A DNA stretch of 63,544 nucleotides, the filler included, from Craspedostauros australis (lineage: Eukaryota): NCBI GenBank assembly GCA_030167865.1. It is 16 parts of 16 records of this genome, joined end to end, with 100 filler letters (N's around TTAATTAATTAA, not from the genome) between each part and the next. Parts side by side here need not be neighbours in the genome. Positions count along the whole stretch, not along the records: positions 59,629 to 62,058 come from JALAGF010002506.1; positions 62,159 to 63,544 come from JALAGF010002508.1; 14 more parts are not named here. One strand, 5' to 3'. The position numbers were made by a program, and so were the translations under genes. Positions within the stretch are counted from its first letter, which is position 1; each line of letters starts with the position of its first letter. Of the stretch, positions 59,529-63,544 are shown piece after piece. Under the pieces are notes generated by a model. The model had not been told where the DNA came from and searched no databases. It saw only the letters and a program-made list of their open reading frames with translations.

Positions 59529-60722
59529 NNNNNNNNNNNNNNNNNNNNNNNNNNNNNNNNNNNNNNNNNNNNTTAATTAATTAANNNNNNNNNNNNNNNN
59601 NNNNNNNNNNNNNNNNNNNNNNNNNNNNCAAGCAAGCAAACACAAGAAAAACGACAACAAGCCGATCATCGGCAACAAGCTGGAGATCGGCAACAAGCAG
59701 CCATAAATCCAGTTTAAAATATCTGATTACACCACAACAACAATCTCATTGCTCCACATCTGGTTTGCCCTTCGGTTCATTGCTGGGTAGAGGCCGGTGC
59801 AGGAGCCATTGCTTCAACAGAACCCGTGAAATGGCTGATTTGGGCGAAGAGCAAGAAATTTTTGAAAATAACAAAAACGGAGTCGCGATTCGAAGAAAAC
59901 GCCATTTTCCCTCCCCCCTGTGGAGAGTTTGGATCGGATGTGGGGACGCGCGATTGTGTGATGAAGAACTGGCAGCGCGAGTAGCGTCAGTTTCCTCTTC
60001 GTGGAGCATGGGTCTGCCTCGTGGAACAATCGCCAAAAGTGTCCACTCTTGGCTTCGAAGACTCGCCAAGGATCGAATCAGCCCTTTGCTCTTCGTGTCG
60101 ATGCCAACTCTCTTTGTGCCGCGTGCTTCCCTCATGGATCGATCCTCCTCGAATGACATGATACACAGGCAGGCAGCTCAGGGCACGGTGGAATAGCGTA
60201 GAGTAGGGGGAGTTCTCTGCCGTTGTCACCGAGGATGCTTTCTGCGCGGGTACTGTTCATCGTCTTGTCGCTTGCGAGTCTCGCATTGTCCGAACCTTTG
60301 GTTCAGCACTTGATCGTTCTGATAAATCTCAACAATCAACTCGAATTTGCTGACGGGTGAGCCAAGGATCTGTTTGTTGCACATCCCATCCCATCTTTGG
60401 CGGTTGTGATGGGCAAGGACACGGGGATGAGCCCTTTGGAATCCTTTTGTTCTGATCCCGGTTCGTTGATCCAATAAATCTGCCATGAGTGTGTTGGAAA
60501 GCTCCACGCGACGCTCGTCAAGTTATCGCGTCGACGTTTGGAAGCGCTTCCTCCAGAGCCACACTGTACAAACGTCGTGTGTTGGTTCCGCTCCGATTCG
60601 ACGGCTTGGTGGATCTGCGTCGTACCATGCATTGAGGTGTCAACGTAAATAGAGTACGAATCGCAGAGTTCACAAGTAGGTGCGAGTACAAGTGGTACCT
60701 GTCGATCCTTTTCTGGTGCATC

Positions 60723-60800
60723 GCGTTGCGTTGCGTTGCGTTGCGTTGCGTTGCGTTGCGTTGCGTTGCGTTGCGTTGCACTGTATTGTGTTGCGTTGTG
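60723..60800. repeat. (GCGTT)n pentanucleotide microsatellite
   Basis: About 11 perfect units followed by degenerate ones. Confidence 0.95.
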
Positions 60801-61050
60801 CGTTGTTGCACTCGATATTCGTATTATACATTGCAAGGCATCGAATTGCACCAGGATTGCGTGTAGATTGTGCCTCGCTTGCGTCGAATCGAACGCTGTC
60901 TCTCGCTCCGTCTATCAGCTCGACGTGAAAAGTCCAAGACGCATCACCGCCCACACTCTTCCTCTCATAAATTGCAATCACAAGCAAAGGACAACAGCAA
61001 TCGCAACACCGCACCTCCCCTTATACTTCCGCAAACGACAAGCACCAACC

Positions 61051-61886
61051 ATGGGTCGATCCACCAAAAAAGTCAAACATCTTCTCACCGATGCACAGAA
61101 GGCTCAGTTCGAACAAGGACGAGGTAAGTAGCAGAGTGAAGTGCTGCACGGCACTTTGATACAAACATTCCCATACTACGAGTGTAGCAGGCACCGAATA
61201 CTGTGCTCACAGCTCATGCTTGCACGTGCTTTATTCATTGTGCGTGCGCACAACCACATCAGCGACTTTTCCACCTTCGAATACACTCTGAACGAGACTT
61301 TCCAGGTTGTGGAGTGGCGCAATGTTCTCTCGATTTCGTGTTTTCTCACGGGCGCGTTGTCCTTTTGTTCCCCAACTCGTGCCAACTCATGTTCAATTCA
61401 CGCCGATGGCATGCACACCCACGACATCTGCGATCACACGATGTGCTGCTTCACCGAAATCGCCCACCTTGACTCTTCACAGCCGCTGTCGCTGGCAAGG
61501 ATATCCGCATGATCTCCGGATGCACTGATAGCCAACTCTCGGCTGTCGCACCCGATGTGCGGCCCTTTCATCTCCCCAACCCATTTGGACTCCAGTCTGG
61601 CGCCTGCACCTCCGCCCTTCTCCACGTCTTGTACATCGACAACAGGAGAGGCGACGTCAACCTCTCCTACACCGAAGTCCTCACCCACATGCGTGACTGC
61701 CTCAAGTCCTTGAAGTTCACTCAAATCCCCCAGCTCACCTCGTTCAACCCAATCGACGTCAACGCCAGGTTCGAACTCGTTCATGGCACTGCCGGCGGAA
61801 CCCGCCGTGCAGTAATGATTGGCATCAACTATGTCGGAGTGGAGGGCAACCAGCTCACTGGATGTCACGGCGACGTGATCAACATG
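61051..61886 (+). CDS. Type III metacaspase (p10 domain before p20), 5' part; exons 61051-61123 and 61483-61886
   Basis: p10 motifs IRMISGCTDSQLSA, GACTSALL and QIPQLTS come before the p20 start RRAVMIGINY...LTGCHGDV. GT-AG junctions are in frame. The contig ends in the next intron. Confidence 0.9.
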
Positions 61887-62158
61887 GTACGTGATCTCTT
61901 GTTGTTGACTTTGGCACCAGGTGCACCGCAGCTGCTGTATTCGGTTGTTACTGATGCAGATAAGTGGCCAGCTCTTCTGCTTTTGATGTGCTTTGGTACT
62001 CCACTTTCCAACGAACTGCCTCTTACCATGGTCGCACAATGCTCACTTTTACCCCCCCNNNNNNNNNNNNNNNNNNNNNNNNNNNNNNNNNNNNNNNNNN
62101 NNTTAATTAATTAANNNNNNNNNNNNNNNNNNNNNNNNNNNNNNNNNNNNNNNNNNNN

Positions 62159-63544
62159 CATTCATGATGCGCTGGAATATGTCAGGGGCTGTGGATATAC
62201 CCATTGGCAGCTTTTTATATCTGTACTTTCCCCACGGTAATATTGTGGTGCACAAGTTCTGGCTGGGGGTATCTAATGGAATGTGGTAGTACCCCATTGA
62301 CAGGTCGAATGCTGTTGCGTACTTGAACTGTTCCAGCTTCTGGAGCATGTCCTGTATTTTTGGCAACGGATACGGTCGCNNNNNNNNNNNNNNNNNNNNN
62401 NNNNNNNNNNNNNNNNNNNNNNNNNNNNNNNNNNNNNNNNNNNNNNNNNNNNNNNNNNNNNNNNNNNNNNNNNNNNNNNNNNNNNNNNNNNNNNNNNNNN
62501 NNNNNNNNNNNNNNNNNNNNNNNNNNNNNNNNNNNNNNNNNNNNNNNNNNNNNNNNGGAAAGGCTTTGCCATGGAATGGCTTTGCATTTGATTTGAGTTC
62601 CAGATGTACTGGACTGATCTTCAACGTACCCAGGCCTCCTTTGAAGGTCTTCGGTGTACGTTGGAGTGTCGCAAGCAGCTTTTGTTGTTGCGCTTCACTG
62701 AGATGGCTCAGTTTGGATACGTATTTATCCAGCTCTATCTCGCTGTAGTCAGCATCCATGATTCGCTTCTGCCTATCTTCTGCTTTGTTGAGCAGGGTAG
62801 ACTGCATCGCTATNNNNNNNNNNNNNNNNNNNNNNNNNNNNNNNNNNNNNNNNNNNNNNNNNNNNNNNNNNNNNNNNNNNNNNNNNNNNNTCATTGTGTT
62901 ATCTGAGAATGACAAGTCTATTCCGAGCTCATGCATCAAGTCTGTACCCACGATCATATCGTATTGGGCATTCTCAACTTGCGTTGTTTCATCAACGTGC
63001 ATGGTCCAACGGATTGACTTATGTAGGTGGAATTCGGGCAGCACTAGATTGATCGTGGCTAGGCTGGACGTATAGAAGTTGCCGCCCATTGTTTTCCACT
63101 TCATGAGTTCACTTTTGTGTCTCAGTGTGCGAGGAGCATACTTTCTCAGTATCAGGCAGCTTGATGTGCCAGAGTCTAGCAGGACACGCATTCGTACCAA
63201 TTCGCCTTTGCTATCAACCGTTTCACCAATAATTTCGGTGGACATATGGTTATGCTTACTGCGCTTGGCCTTTCGACTAGCCAGACTATAGCAAATTGCT
63301 GCACATTTGTGTGTAGGCGTTGAGTATTCTGTAGATGCGCTGCTACTAGAGCGGTTATCATTATTGTCCTGGTTCAATTGACGCAGGTAGTTGGCATTTT
63401 CATCAACTACATCGGCAATGCGACGCTTCTTCTTCAGATTCCTCTTGCTTGGTAAGGATTGGACGAGTTGATGAAAGACCTCTTGGGTCAAGACCACATT
63501 GAGGTTCTCATCACTCTTATTGGAAGCCTTTTTGTCTTCGGACG
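62159..63544 (-). mobile_element. Ty3/Gypsy retrotransposon pol fragment (aspartic protease and start of RT)
   Basis: LLDSGTS, YDMIVGTD, PYPLPKI, FDLSMGYYHI, YKKLPMG..APDIFQ. Protease is directly followed by RT. Confidence 0.93.

Overview
This is eukaryotic nuclear DNA, most consistent with a diatom or related stramenopile: GT-AG introns, a bipartite plastid-targeting peptide, a type III metacaspase, HA-domain and HSF regulators, and diatom-type Copia/Gypsy fragments. It is not one locus. It is about 16 short contigs joined by artificial N-TTAATTAATTAA-N linkers, so neighbourhoods are only meaningful within a contig. Host genes include a PP2C phosphatase, a polyprenyl diphosphate synthase, a plastid PDZ-like/2Fe-2S protein, a GT60 GlcNAc transferase, a secreted metallopeptidase-like protein, an amino-acid transporter fragment, an HA-domain protein, an ankyrin protein, two near-identical ATPase/TPR fragments, a membrane protein carrying only the 5'-nucleotidase C-domain, an HSF and a type III metacaspase. 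Mobile DNA includes an uninterrupted 1861-codon APE-RT-RNase H non-LTR retrotransposon ORF, two Copia and one Gypsy fragment, and four copies of a non-coding TGT...ACA element. One copy has a 6-bp target duplication that can be checked against an empty site in the window. The best leads are that element family, the receptor-like 5'-nucleotidase C-domain protein, the intact LINE and a 103-bp tandem array in front of an unknown ORF. All family assignments come from motif recognition by eye; no database search was run.
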